64,000 bases of DNA from Macrostomum hystrix (GCA_950097015.1 CATNEN010000032.1:2170001-2234000), one strand, 5' to 3'. Shown: positions 10,985 to 24,899, counted from the stretch's first letter. Notes: generated by a model not told the origin, from the letters alone. Numbers and translations are program-made.

Positions 10985-12195
10985 GATATGTACATAGATA
11001 GGTAGATAGATGTGTAGAGAGATGAGTAGATAGATGCAAAGAAATACGGGGAGATAGATGGGTAGATAGATGGGTAGATAGATGTGTAGATAGATGTGTA
11101 GATAGATGGGTAGATAGATGGGTAGATAGATGGGTAGATAGATGGGTAGATAGATGGGTAGATAGATGGGTAGATAGATGGGTAGATAGATGGGTAGAGA
11201 GATGGGTAGATAGATGTGTAGATAGATGGGTAGATAGATGGGTAGATAGATGTGTAGATAGATGGGTAGAGAGATGGGTAGATAGATGTGTAGATAGATG
11301 TGTAGATAGATGGGTAGATAGATGGGTAGATAGATGGGTAGATAGATGAGTAGATAGATGCAAAGAAATACGGGGAGATAGATGGGTAGATAGATGGGTA
11401 GATAGATGGGTAGATAGATGGGTAGATAGATGGGTAGATAGATGGGTAGATAGATGGGTAGATAGATGGGTAGATAGATGTGTAGATAGATGGGTAGATA
11501 GATGGGTAGATAGATGGGTAGATAGATGTGTAGATAGATGGGTAGATAGATGGGTAGATAGATGGGTAGATAGATGGGTAGATAGATGGGTAGATAGATG
11601 GGTAGATAGATGGGTAGATAGATGGGTAGATAGATGGGTAGATAGATGGGTAGATAGATGGGTAGATAGATGGGTAGATAGATGGGTAGATAGATGGGTA
11701 GATAGATGGGTAGATAGATGGGTAGATAGATGGGTAGATAGATGGGTAGATAGATGTGTAGATAGATGGGTAGATAGATGGGTAGAAAGATGGGTAGATA
11801 GATGGGTAGATAGATGGGTAGATAGATGGGTAGATAGATGTGTAGATAGATGGGTAGATAGATGTGTAGATAGATGGGTAGATAGATGAGTAGATAGATG
11901 CAAAGAAATACGGGGAGATAGATGGGTAGATAGATGGGTAGATAGATGTGTAGATAGATGTGTAGATAGATGGGTAGATAGATGGGTAGATAGATGGGTA
12001 GATAGATGGGTAGATAGATGGGTAGATAGATGTGTAGATAGATGGGTAGATAGATGGGTAGATAGATGGGCAGATAGATGGGTAGATAGATGGGTAGATA
12101 GATGGGTAGATAGATGGTAGATAGATGGGTAGATAGATGTGTAGATAGATGGGTAGATAGATGGGTAGATAGATGGGCAGATAGATGGGTAGATA
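10985..12195. repeat. 12-bp minisatellite GATAGATGGGTA with a recurring AGATGCAAAGAAATACGGGG interruption
   Basis: Read directly; explains the 335-443 aa minus-strand ORFs. Confidence 0.95.
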
Positions 12196-12765
12196 GGAAT
12201 AATGCCAGCGCATTGTTTGCATTATGGAAGTTCTGTTGGCGGGAGGCACACTGCAACTTAATAAACATCTCAACAACTAGGTCAGTGGAACAATTTCAGG
12301 GGAAATTCGAAGCTGTGTGCCTTTTACGAGCATTACGAGTATTAGTCTGAATTTCAATCCATTTTCGCTAGCATTTCAGTGTGTCTTCTCTCCTTTAACC
12401 GGGCCAATTGAATGATGCTCGCTTATGTTAGACCCTGGAGTCAATATTTTTTAGTGTTTGATTTCACGCTGGGGTGTGCCCAATTTTATGGAATCGCGAT
12501 TGTAAGGGATGTTTTACAACTCCTTGCAAAGCAATTGGAAAGCAGCCCTCTTGGTCATTTATTGAGCCTGCTTTGCGAGACCAGCGTCTTTGTTTAAAAA
12601 AATTAAAACAAAAATGCTACTTTCAAATGATAAAAAGTCCCTAATCGTGACTTAAAATTTAAGGAGAAATCCGGTTCGAGATAAACTGATACAAACTCCA
12701 GGTATCATCACTACCGTTTGCACCAGAGACCTGAGGTGTATAGCTACCGGCAATTGACTTCACAT

Positions 12766-13213
12766 GCCCTGAAGTTTCACTTCCCTGAAGTTTCACTTCC
12801 CTGAAGTTTCACTTCCCTGAAGTTTCACTTCCCTGAAGTTTCACTTCCCTGAAGTTTCACTTCCCTGAAGTTTCACTTCCCTGAAGTTTCACTTCCCTGA
12901 AGTTTCACTTCCCTGAAGTTTCAATTCCCTGAAGTTTCACTTCCCTGAAGTTTCACTTCCGTGAAGTTTCACTTCCCTGAAGTTTCACTTACCTGAAGTT
13001 TCACTTCCCTGAGTTTCACTTCCCTGAAGTTTCACTTCCCTGAAGTTTCACTTCCCTGAAGTTTCACTTCCCTGAAGTTTCACTTCCCTGAAGTTTCACT
13101 TCCCTGAAGTTTCACTTCCCTGGAGTTTCACTTCCCTGAAGTTTCACTTCCCTGAAGTTTCACTTCCCTGAAGTTTCACTTCCCTGAAGTTTCACTTCCC
13201 TGAAGTTTCACTT
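12766..13213. repeat. 16-bp minisatellite TTCCCTGAAGTTTCAC
   Basis: Read directly. Confidence 0.95.
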
Positions 13214-13779
13214 CTGTGGCTGTGGCAAGAATGAGATTTGAGAAAGAATCAGGAATGAAATCGATGAGTCAGATAGCGAAGATTCTTAGGGGGGAATTTT
13301 TGGAGGGCTAAATAATAAATTGAGCGTAAATAGCGAGTTGTAAATTATAACAAGCTGGTGTTGGAAGCTCAACTGATTAAACACGGAAATAATCCATAGA
13401 AATTTTTTTTTATTTTTATGAAGTCGACTTGCTCGACAAATTTGATGATGGCCTAAATAATCTTGCGGCAGGTGTCAGAGGCGGTCGCTGAGCACACTGG
13501 GGAATATAGAGTTGCAATAATTTTATGGCGCATGGCAAGGACCCCTTTCTTAGCCAATAAAATAATTACGATCTCAGTCAAATTGACTACGGATTCGATT
13601 TGACACAGCTCAACTTGAGCAGACATTGTAATTGACTTCTGAAGTTTCTAGTCTTTGTTGCACCAGCCATAATCTCAGTCCTATGCAGACTATTTGTGCC
13701 CTTAACAGTAGAAAGACCACTTCTAGATAGCTCCCAAACCGAATGACCGATTTTCGTGAAATTCCACGATATAGATCAA

Positions 13780-14023
13780 CATTTTCCGCCCTTTACGTCC
13801 GTCCGATGTCAGCAACGTCGAGATATTCAGCGACTCGAAGATCCAAGGATAACTAACATTGTTCTGGATAGTCCTCTATGGCGAATCCATATTGGGTCGA
13901 TAACAAAAATCAATACATTTCATCAACAATTCACTCGTAACAGCCGAAATTGGTTCATTGTGAAATCTATATTGTTGGTTTTTGCCACCCGACACCCCCG
14001 ACGAGAATTTTTTGTGAAGCGTC
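13780..14023 (-). pseudogene. Decayed BTB/POZ-domain-like coding remnant
   Basis: PTLHKKFSSGVSGG...ISAVTSELLMKCIDFCY, then a stop, RTIQNNV, a frameshift and VAEYLDV; resembles the BTB pattern F-x-x-mF...l-x-x-li-x-f-x-Y...t-x-x-Nv-x-x-ll-x-aA-x-x-L-x-v. Confidence 0.45.
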
Positions 14024-16545
14024 GGGTTTGAGAAGTGTCTGGTTTGAGAAGTGTCTGGTTTGAGAAGTGTCTGGTTTGAGAAGTGTCTGGTTTGAGAAGT
14101 GTCTGGTTTGAGAAGTGTCTGGTTTGAGAAGTGTCTGGTTTGAGAAGTGTCTGGTTTGAGAAGTGTCTGGTTTGAGAAGTGTCTGGTTTGAGAAGTGTCT
14201 CGTTTGAGAAGTGTCTGGTTTGAGAAGTGTCTGGTTTGAGAATTGTCTGGTTTGAGAAGTGTCTGGTTTGAGAAGTGTCTGGTTTGAGAAGTGTCTGGTT
14301 TGAGAAGTGTCTGGTTTGAGAAGTGTCTGGTTTGAGAAGTGTCTGGTTTGAGAAGTGTCTGGTTTGAGAAGTGTCTCGTTTGAGAAGTGTCTGGTTTGAG
14401 AAGTGTCTGGTTTGAGAAGTGTCTGGTTTGAGAAGTGTCTGGTTTGAGAAGTGTCTGGTTTGAGAAAGTGTCTGGTTTGAGAAGTGTCTGGTTTGAGAAG
14501 TGTCTGGTTTGAGAAGTGTCTGGTTTGAGAAGTGTCGCGTTTGAGAATTGTCTCGTTTGAGAAGTGTCTGGTTTGAGAAGTGTCTGGTTTGAGAAGTGTC
14601 TGGTTTGAGAAGTGTCTGGTTTGAGAAGTGTCTGGTTTGAGAAAGTGTCTGGTTTGAGAAGTGTCTGGTTTGAGAAGTGTCTGGTTTGAGAAGTGTCTGG
14701 TTTGAGAAGTGTCTCGTTTGAGAAGTGTCTGGTTTGAGAAGTGTCTGGTTTGAGAAGTGTCTGGTTTGAGAAGTGTCTGGTTTGAGAAGTGTCTGGTTTG
14801 AGAAGTGTCTGGTTTGAGAAGTGTCTCGTTTGAGAAGTGTCTGGTTTGAGAAGTGTCTGGTTTGAGAATTGTCTCGTTTGAGAAGTGTCTGGTTTGAGAA
14901 GTGTCTGGTTTGAGAAGTGTCTCGTATGAGAAGTGTCTGGTTTGAGAAGTGTCTGGTTTGAGAAGTGTCGGGTTTGAGAAGTGTCTGGTTTGAGAAGTGT
15001 CTGGTTTGAGAAGTGTCTCGTTTGAGAAGTGTCTGGTTTGAGAAGTGTCTGGTTTGAGAAGTGTCTGGTTTGAGAAGTGTCTCGTTTGAGAAGTGTCTGG
15101 TTTGAGAAGTGTCTCGTTTGAGAAGTGTCTGGTTTGAGAAGTGTCTGGTTTGAGAAGTGTCTGGTTTGAGAAGTGTCTGGTTTGAGAAGTGTCTGGTTTG
15201 AGAAGTGTCTCGTATGAGAAGTGTCTGGTTTGAGAAGTGTCTGGTTTGAGAAGTGTCGGGTTTGAGAATTGTCTGGTTTGAGAAGTGTCTGGTTTGTGAA
15301 GTGTCTGGTTTGAGAAGTGTCTGGTTTGAGAAGTGTCTGGTTTGAGAAGTGTCTGGTTTGAGAAGTGTCTGGTTTGAGAAGTGTCTGGTTTGAGAAGTGT
15401 CTCGTTTGAGAAGTGTCTGGTTTGAGAAGTGTCTGGTTTGAGAAGTGTCTGGTTTGAGAAGTGTCTCGTATGAGAAGTGTCTCGTTTGAGAAGTGTCTGG
15501 TTTGAGAAGTGTCGGGTTTGAGAATTGTCTCGTATGAGAAGTGTCTCGTTTGAGAAGTGTCTGGTTTGAAAAGTGTCTCGTTTGAGAAGTGTCTGGTTTG
15601 AGAAGTGTCTGGTTTGAGAAGTGTCTGGTTTGAGAAGTGTCTCGTATGAGAAGTGTCTGGTTTGAGAAGTGTCGGGTTTGAGAATTGTCTGGTTTGAGAA
15701 GTGTCTCGTTTGATAAGTGTCTCGTTTGAGAAGTGTCTGGTTTGAGAAGTGTCTGGTTTGAGAAGTGTCTCGTTTGAGAAGTGTCTGGTTTGAGAAGTGT
15801 CTCGTTTGAGAATTGTCTGGTTTGAGAAGTGTCGGCTTTGAGAATTGTCTGGTTTGAGAAGTGTCTCGTTTGATAAGTGTCTCGTTTGAGAAGTGTCTGG
15901 TTTGAGAAGTGTCTGGTTTGAGAAGTGTCTCGTTTGAGAAGTGTCTGGTTTGAGAAGTGTCTGGTTTGAGAAGTGTCTGGTTTGAGAAGTGTCTGGTTTG
16001 AGAAGTGTCTCGTATGAGAAGTGTCTGGTTTGAGAAGTGTCTGGTTTGAGAAGTGTCTGGTTTGAGAAGTGTCTGGTTTGAGAAGTGTCGCGTTTGAGAA
16101 TTGTCTCGTTTGAGAAGTGTCTGGTTTGAGAAGTGTCTGGTTTGAGAAGTGTCTCGTTTGAGAAGTGTCTGGTTTGAGAAGTGTCTGGTTTGAGAAAGTG
16201 TCTGGTTTGAGAAGTGTCTGGTTTGAGAAGTGTCTGGTTTGAGAAGTGTCTGGTTTGAGAAGTGTCTCGTTTGAGAAGTGTCTGGTTTGAGAAGTGTCTG
16301 GTTTGAGAAGTGTCTGGTTTGAGAAGTGTCTGGTTTGAGAAGTGTCTGGTTTGAGAAGTGTCTGGTTTGAGAAGTGTCTCGTTTGAGAAGTGTCTGGTTT
16401 GAGAAGTGTCTGGTTTGAGAATTGTCTGGTTTGAGAAGTGTCTGGTTTGAGAAGTGTCTGGTTTGAGAAGTGTCTGGTTTGAGAAGTGTCTGGTTTGAGA
16501 AGTGTCTGGTTTGAGAAGTGTCTGGTTTGAGAAGTGTCTGGTTTG
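14024..16545. repeat. 16-bp minisatellite GTTTGAGAAGTGTCTG, about 2.5 kb
   Basis: Read directly; its minus strand has no stop in any frame, producing the 915-aa ORF. Confidence 0.97.
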
Positions 16546-17674
16546 TTCTGTCAGCAGACAGGATTTTAGCTTCATTTTGACGTCTCTATCTGAATTTGAA
16601 GAAGCGTTTGTGACCATGCGCATTGCTCGTTCTGATTTCTGCAGAAGATAAGCAGCCCCGCAGCCATTTCTTGGGACCCTGCTAAATCACAAAACTAGAT
16701 CACAGATTTCATGGAGTTGATAAGTAATTTTCTATTTTCAAATAGATAGCGTGCATGACAATCGTCCCTCTCAACAATCTGAGGCTGTTATCTTGCCCGG
16801 AGACAAGGGGTACCCGTTTCACTCTCAGCGTCTATGCAAATGTCAATATGCTCTCGAGCTCACGCAAGCCCCTATAAGTGGGCCCGACTGCATAGCCAGC
16901 CAAAACTGGAAATGAGAAGAGCTCAATCAGGGCTGGAAACGTCAACGAAAAAGAAATTCTCGAAAAATTAACTTCGCAAAGAAACAGAAATCTTAGAAAA
17001 TCTAAATCTAAATCTAAATTTTTGCTAATAAAGCGGTTATAAATGCCAAGTAATAGAAGCGAGGGAGTAAGGCAATTTTTTGTAACTTAAATTAACCAAA
17101 TATCTATCAAGGATTTATTTTTTTTGGACTTCTATGTACACAGCTAGCCTACTAATAGTAGAGTGAATCGACCTTATGGCCAAGATATGAATATGGGACT
17201 TAGGAGTAGCTCGTACTGCCTGTATTCTAATTGGACCAAAGTCGAGCGCAGGCCAGGGAGGGTGGGGTAGGTGCTGCCGGCCAGTTTCGGGCTGTACCTA
17301 TTAAGAAGCCTGTGTTGCGCAGTGTAGAGTGAGACAAGCGAACAAGATACCAGAAGTAGTTCAGTAATTCAGCATTATTTGAAAGCGCTTACTTTTCATT
17401 GATTGAGTTTAATTGAGTAGTGATTGAATAATTCCATGCTAGCACCGCTTCACAGATAGGCTCCATTTTGGCTTGTTTTTCTGAAAGCTGCTTTCGTAAG
17501 ATGGACTTTGTTATACTCAAGGTAAGCCCACTGAACAATATGCAGTTTTCTGGTGCAGTAGATCAAAAAGCAAAAAATATAAAGCAGTTATGGAAAGAAA
17601 AATAGAGAGAGGGAGACAGGGATAGCTAGAGAGGAAAACAGACAAGGGGAGATAAAAGGAAAACAAGGGAAAAG

Positions 17675-18135
17675 GAGATGGAGAGAGAAGGGGAGAGAAA
17701 GGAGAGGGAGAGGAAGGAGAGGGAGAGAAAGGAGAGGGAGAGGAAGGAGAGGGAGAGGAAGGAGAGGGAGAGGAAGGAGAGGGAGAGGAAGGAGAGGGAG
17801 AGGAAGGAGAGGGAGAGGAAGGAGAGGGAGAGAAAGGAGAGGGAGAGAAAGGAGATGGAGAGAGGAGGGGAGAGAAAGGAGAGGGAGAGAAAGGAGAGGG
17901 AGAGGAAGGAGAGGGAGAGGAAGGAGAGGGAGTGAAAGGAGAGGGAGAGGAAGGAGAGGGAGAGGAAGGAGAGGGAGTGAAAGGAGAGGGAGAGGAAGGA
18001 GAGGTAGAGAAAGGAGAGGGAGAGGAAGGAGAGGGAGAGGAAGGAGAGGGAGAGGAAGGAGAGGGAGAGAAAGGAGAGGGAGAGAAAGGAGAGGGAGAGG
18101 AAGGAGAGGGAGAGAAAGGAGAGGGCAGAAAGGTG
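17675..18135. repeat. 15-bp purine minisatellite GAGGAAGGAGAGGGA
   Basis: Read directly. Confidence 0.9.
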
Positions 18136-19264
18136 AGGAAGAGAATGCAGAGGGGGTGAATAAAAATTAGAAGGGCGGTGAGACTATTGGTCGGATGGAG
18201 AGCGCAAATGTGAGAAGCAGAGGCAGTCCCCTCTATGATGAAGCGCTGTTTCCCGGCCTCACAAAGCTGGCATGGTCATCATTTTATGCTCTTGTAGCGA
18301 AAAACTTTGCGGCAAAATTTAGTACTGAACAATTTCCAACCATGGCATGTCTGACAGACATCGGCAGTGCGCAGCCGAACTACCCCCAATGTGTCTTAGA
18401 TAACACAAGACGGGGATGCGGGCCGCCGACTTACCTGACTTATACACCTCCGCGAATCGTTTGGGCAGGCGGTCAGGTGCAGCGGTAGGAAAAGTAGAAA
18501 ATGGGAGCGAGAGTTTCAGCTAGCCCCGGCCCCCACAGTCGCATAGTCTACGGTAGTGCGAGGCAGGGAAGCGCCGGGTCAGTGCCGTGGGTGGGTTGAA
18601 GATATCTAGGCGCGGGGCTCCGCTGTCTGGCAAAGTTTTTTTTTGGCCAAGAATGGGATTATGGCTATTGGTTTTTTTATCTGGTTGTTGGAGAGGGAAG
18701 GAAGGGGAAGGAGTTGCGCCGGTAGATCCCCAATCGTCGCTGAGTCACCTCACCAGTCGCACCGGGGCCGTATCGCGCAACCGTAAACCTGCTCCCCTAC
18801 TGCCCAGTGCAAGCCCTGAGGTACCTCCAGATTCGGCAACTTATGCGGATATCGCCTGGGTTTATTGTTAGGGCTGCATTGGCCTCTTATTATGCTTATC
18901 GACCATTGCATAGCAATAAGCGGACGTGCCGGGGGTATCAGGCTCAACAGATCGAAGACTAAAGCTCGTATTTGTGAGCGTAAAAGTAAAACGCTGCAAT
19001 TGAGCAGTTACTTTGTGCAGAACGACCCAAAGGGGTGGCCCCCCTTCTTCTATGGCGGCAAAGCCTCGTTTAAGGGACGGCAAAACAGAGCTGTTAAATC
19101 TCAGCACCATCCGACATGATTGACAGGACTGGATATAGATTGTTTATATTTTACAAACATCCGTAAATTTACCTGAATTTGCTGACTGATATTTCAGTTT
19201 GAGATGCTAACAATAGAAGCTGACTTTGAAACTATCTATCTAGATATCTATAGATAGATAGATG

Positions 19265-19335
<71 letters not shown>

Positions 19336-19340
19336 GGATG

Positions 19341-19749
<409 letters not shown>

Positions 19750-21022
19750 GGATCAATTGATTAATTGATTGATTGATTTGCAAGGTGGGTTAGTGGGAGT
19801 AAGGATCGACATTTCCGGACCCTCTCCTAATGAAAAAGAAATTTATCCGTCTTGCCGAAAGCAATGGAAAACAATGGCAGCCGTATTTCCAGGCGCACTC
19901 CACGTTGCTGCTTAAGTCCCGTCAAAACACGCAGCCAGTTGTAGTGAGTTTCTCGTGTTTCTATGAAAAAGATAAAGAACTGACAGAATAAATCTTCTAG
20001 CTTGGCCTGAAGATGGTTAACCTCTTGAGGTGAGACGAGATGAATGAGGGCTAGCAGTCACCCCTGAGCCCTCTCACTCTAAAAGCTGAGGTCAGCTCCA
20101 CCTTTGCCTGTCTCTGGGGTCTCATTGCCTCCCACGCATTTAACGGTAAGCAATAAGAGACCAGTTGAAGTGCCAAATTGTCTATAACTCATTAAAATTA
20201 GGCTGCCAAAATTAGTATTGAAGAAGACGATTATTAAAAGGACAGGAGGGGGCTAATGTAATTGAGCTTATTCAGCAATTTCGCAAAAGAAGATGCTGCA
20301 CAACTTGTTCTCAGAAGTCTAATGCAAGCATTTCCAGTCTGTTTGCTTTCATCAGACCTTAGAGTGGTTCCAAATGAGTACGAATGAGAGCTTTGGATGG
20401 AGCCGGCACCAAGATTCCTTATCACTGCAACTCGACGGGTTTGCACAGTCGCTACGCGAAAGGCCAGTGCAAACACTCGCAGACATGCGAGAGGAATTTG
20501 CTTTTGCTTCGAGAAAAAGTCCTAATCGTTCTGCCCGAGTGTCTGCTGCTTTTTTTAATCTTCTCCAACTCGAAAAGCTTTCTCTAGTTTTCAAGCAGTT
20601 TAAGTCTGTGTTCTTTAATCGAACTTTTTTTGGTTGAATTTAAGAGAAAACAAGAGGTCTGCTAAGACAGGGATTAATTATTCACTCCACTGTGGGGGAT
20701 GGGCCTGTTTATCTGCCCACAATGAAACTGGATAGAAAACAAGCGACCCATATGTACCAGGCTCTGAACTAGATGAATGCGCCCTTAGAGAATGCTGGGT
20801 TTAGGATAAGCAGGGAGATACAAAACAAGTCGTAAATCAAAGTGCTTGCCACGGCTACAAGCGTGACTCATTCCAGTCCTGTGCTCAAACATGCGATCTG
20901 ATGTGGCCTCATTTGATCTAAGATAAATTGCACCGATCACTTAGGCTTCGAAGAATAAGTGCACTTTCGTATTTGATGTCGCTGTAGAAATTAAATGCCT
21001 TTTTGTTCGGTTTCCTTCGCAG

Positions 21023-23975
21023 GTGAACGGCAAGGACCTCAGCGGCGCCAGCCACGACGAAGCGGTCGAAGCTTTTCGCCAAGCCCAGGAGCCGATCATT
21101 GTCCAGGTGGTCCGTCAGTCAGCCACTCAGCAGCAGCCGCAGCTGACAAGCGCCAGCATTCCGCCGCCACCGTTGAAACCGCTGCCGCAGGTGCCTCAGC
21201 CTGTCGATTTAGGCCTCCAAAACTTCTCAAACAGCCAGCGTTGCCGGTCCTCGTTCAACTCGACGACAGCAGCCGGCAAGTGCCCGACTAACAGTCTTCT
21301 TCAGCAGCAACGGTTGCAGCACATCGCGCCGCAGCAGTCGACGCCGCCGCCGGTGCCTCCGTTTCCGCCGCAGCTGCTACGCTGTGGTCTGTTCTCAGCC
21401 AGCGGGTGAGTAGCACTAGAACTGTGGCTGGACTGTCTGCACAGGTCCCTGATTCAATCCAATTTTTTTTATTCCCTTTAGTCCCGGTGAAGCCGTCACG
21501 CCAGAAGCGGAGGACGAGTTCTACAACAATGTTGACGACTTTGAATACGAAGTAAGTCCGAGTGCGATTCCGCCTTATTCTTTGGAGTAAAAAAATCACT
21601 CCTTCACTTGAATAACATCCTACCAGGAGGTCATTCTTTGTCGCAACTCGGCGAACGAGAAGCTCGGCCTGACTCTCTGCTACAGCTCGCTGGATGGCGG
21701 CAGCGCCGAGTCTCCAACCGATGTCTACATAAGCGAGGTCTGTCAGGCTCATGGATCAGTCAGGTTTCACATGGATCAGTCAGGTTTCACATGGATCAGT
21801 CAGGTTTCACATGGATCAGTCAGATTTCACATGGATCAGTCAGGATTCACATAGATCTGTCAGGTTTCACATAGATCAGTCAGGTTTCACATGGATCCGT
21901 CAGGTTTCACATAGATCTGTCAGGATTCACATGGATCAGTCAGGTTTCACATGGATCAGTCAGATTTCACATGGATCAGTCAGGATTCACATAGATCTGT
22001 CAGATTTCACATGGATCAGTCAGGATTCACATAGATCTGTCAGGATTCACATGGATCAGTCAGGTTTCACATGGATCAGTCAGGTTTCACATGGATCAGT
22101 CAGGTTTCACATGGATCAGTCAGATTTCACATGGATCAGTCAGGATTCACATAGATCTGTCAGGATTCTCATGGATCAGTCAGGTTTCACATGGATCAGT
22201 CAGGTTTCACATGGATCAGTCAGGCTTGACATGGATCAGTGAGGTTTCACATGGATCAGTCAGTCTGTCTAATAAAGCCTCCATCCTTGCTTATAACACA
22301 GGTGGAGCCAGGCAGCAACGCAGCCTTTAGCGGTCGAATTCGTCCAGGAGACCAGATCCTGCGCATCAACGGCCAGTCGGTCCGCTCGCGGGACGAAGCT
22401 GTCCAGCTATTCGGCGCCGGTGAACGTCGCGTTGCTCTACTTCTGGCCCGACCGTCGGCTGCGACGACATCGGACACTGGCGGCTCCGACAGGAGCTCAT
22501 CTTCTTCCGCGGCCGCCGTCACTGCCGCCACACTAGACGATCTGCACCTTGAGCTGATGATGCTGGAAGCTCCAGCAGAGGTTGACGAGGTTGATGACGA
22601 AGATGCTGATCACGAAGCAGATCGAGAGCGACATCAGGACTCAGGAGTGAGCAGTACTCAAAGCTCGGAGCAAGAGATTGAGGAGCTAGCGGCGCTCACT
22701 AAACTAGGTCCAAGAAGCGATCGACGTCAGCAGCAGCAGCAGCCCAGATGCGTGCCCCGAATGGGTACTCGTCTGCAGCGAAGCTCGCAACAGCCTGCGC
22801 CTGCACCTGCTCCATTACCGCGGCCAGAATTTCAAAACATGACCAGAACGCTTGGATCTGCGACCACAACATCATCGTCGTCCGGCTCCCGAAGTGCATC
22901 CTGTCAAACTTACAGCATCAACAACGAAGAAGATTTTTCTGGACAGTCCGAGCTAACTCACTGGCCACCTCATCATCATCGCCAGCAGCATCACCGACCT
23001 CTTCAACAGCTGCACACTCAGGAGACAGCGTCAAGGTGAGGTTACGACGAGAACTGAATAATCATCTATCTACTGAATGACTGTTGATCTACTGAATGAC
23101 TGTAGATCTACTGAATGATGGTTGATCTACTTGAATGACTGTTGATCTACTGAATGACTGTAGATCTACTGAATGACTGTAGATCTACTGAATGACTGTT
23201 GATCTACTGAATGACTGTAGATCTACTGAATGACTGTAGATCTACTGAATGACTGCTGATCTACTGAATGACTGTTGATCTACTGAATGACTGTAGATCT
23301 ACTGAATGACTGTTGATCTACTGAATGACTGTTGATCTACTGAATGACTGTTGATCTACTGAATGACTGCTGATCTACTGAATGACTGTAGATCTACTGA
23401 ATGACTGTTGATCTACTGAATGACTGTTGATCTACTGAATGACTGTACATCTACTGAATGACTGTTGACTGATGGCTGTCCAACTCAACCCATTGTTTTT
23501 TGAGGAATGCTGAATGTAAAGCTCTCCTAAATAAAGCTAATGGACTTCACCATGCTATGCTTGCAGATCTCCAAACATTTTGACTTCCTCAAGCGCAGCC
23601 AATTCTCGAAGCCTTCAGCTGCATCAGCAGCAGCAGCAGCAGCAGCAGGCCCAGCAGCTACACCAGTATCAGGAGGAGGAGCTGCAGGCGCAGCCGCAGA
23701 TGGAGTGGGTGGTGAAGCGCCGAGCGGACGGCAGTCGCTACGTCACCAGGCGCCCAGTTCGCTCACGCCTGCTCAAAGCTCGAGCTGCTCAGGTTGCCGA
23801 GGAGCGAGCCGGACTCACCACGGACGACGACGCCGCCTCCTGCTTGGGCCGGTGGGCGCCCAGACACGAGCGGAAACGGCACCTGCTGAGAGCCAAGCAG
23901 CAGCAGCAGCAGCAACATCAGCAGCTGCTACAGCGAATGCAGCAGGCCAACTCAGATTCTATGATCTTTGTCTGA
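21023..23975 (+). CDS. PDZRN3: PDZ domain-containing protein of the PDZRN3/PDZRN4/PDZD4 (LNX3-5, Slip1) family; exons 21023-21405, 21482-21551, 21627-21737, 22302-23035, 23567-23975
   Basis: All introns GT-AG with consistent phases. [31 protein letters not shown]; [26 protein letters not shown]...[29 protein letters not shown]; family-specific [43 protein letters not shown]; ends in DSMIFV*. The 5' end is unresolved and the symbol denotes family only. Confidence 0.9.
21750..22262. repeat. 20-bp intronic minisatellite ATGGATCAGTCAGGTTTCAC
   Basis: Fills the intron 21738-22301. Confidence 0.95.
23065..23470. repeat. 19-bp intronic minisatellite GATCTACTGAATGACTGT(T/A)
   Basis: Fills the intron 23036-23566. 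Confidence 0.95.
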
Positions 23976-24899
23976 ACTGGAACACTTTTCTGAAGCCAAA
24001 TTCATTCCCTCCCTCTGCGTGCTGCTGCTGCTGATGCTGTGTTTATCGGGTTCGCCGCTAGTTTCACTTCCTTAATCCCCACACTAAAAAAATCTCCCAA
24101 TTATCTCACGATTGTTCTAAACAAACTTATTGAATACTTTCACGGACCTCTGTAGTGAGTTGGTGCAACCAATTCTTCAGTACGAAAGTACACTTGAAAT
24201 ACTTGTGCACCTAGGAGCAAGATGTGGCGAAAAAAACTAATTTCTCATGTTTCAAAGTATCCAAATATCAAGTCCCTAGATTGCTTCAATAAGTGTTTAC
24301 CAATAAAATAGAAATACGTTAGCTGCAGAGGTCCTTGCAGGCATCGGGCCGCTAAAGTCGCTGAAGATTCTTTGCTAATTTACTCACTAATCTTATCAAA
24401 TGCATGATTGAGAATGGCATTGTAAATGGAGTTTTTATATTATTATTACAGTTCTTAACATTGTTAATGTTACTGTACTCTACCGTGGTTCTGTACTGCC
24501 GTATAAAGGAAAGTATAATGCAATATGATCTTATTAATTTATGCATTCATATACACAATAATGTTGCATATAAAGTGTGTTTGTGCCCACTAAAGGAAGC
24601 TTCTTAAATATATTATTATAAAACACATTATCAAATGGCGTAGAAGACTTGCTCACTTCATAATTTTGTTAAAGAGATTTTTCGCAAAACTCCGGTCAAA
24701 AGTGCAGAGGCAAAATGGACAGCTTTGATGATGCTGATTAAGGCTACATGGCTTGGCGATAAGGGACGAGTGACTGGATTTGTAGAGGAAGGGAAGAACA
24801 AGATGCGGAGGTGAAAGAGAGGAGGAGAAGAAGACGACAAGGAGAAGGATAGCAGGAGAATGAGAAAGGACAGAAGAAGAGGTGAAAAAGTCGGAAAAT

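Noticed and set aside
17130-17420. LTR- or pLTR-like segment containing GAAACTGG
   Set aside because: No second copy, no hammerhead core, no TG...CA termini identified
23960-24034. LNWNTF...NSF in an alternative frame, faintly like the distal PDZRN3 C-terminus
   Set aside because: Too few matches to support a frameshift or extra exon
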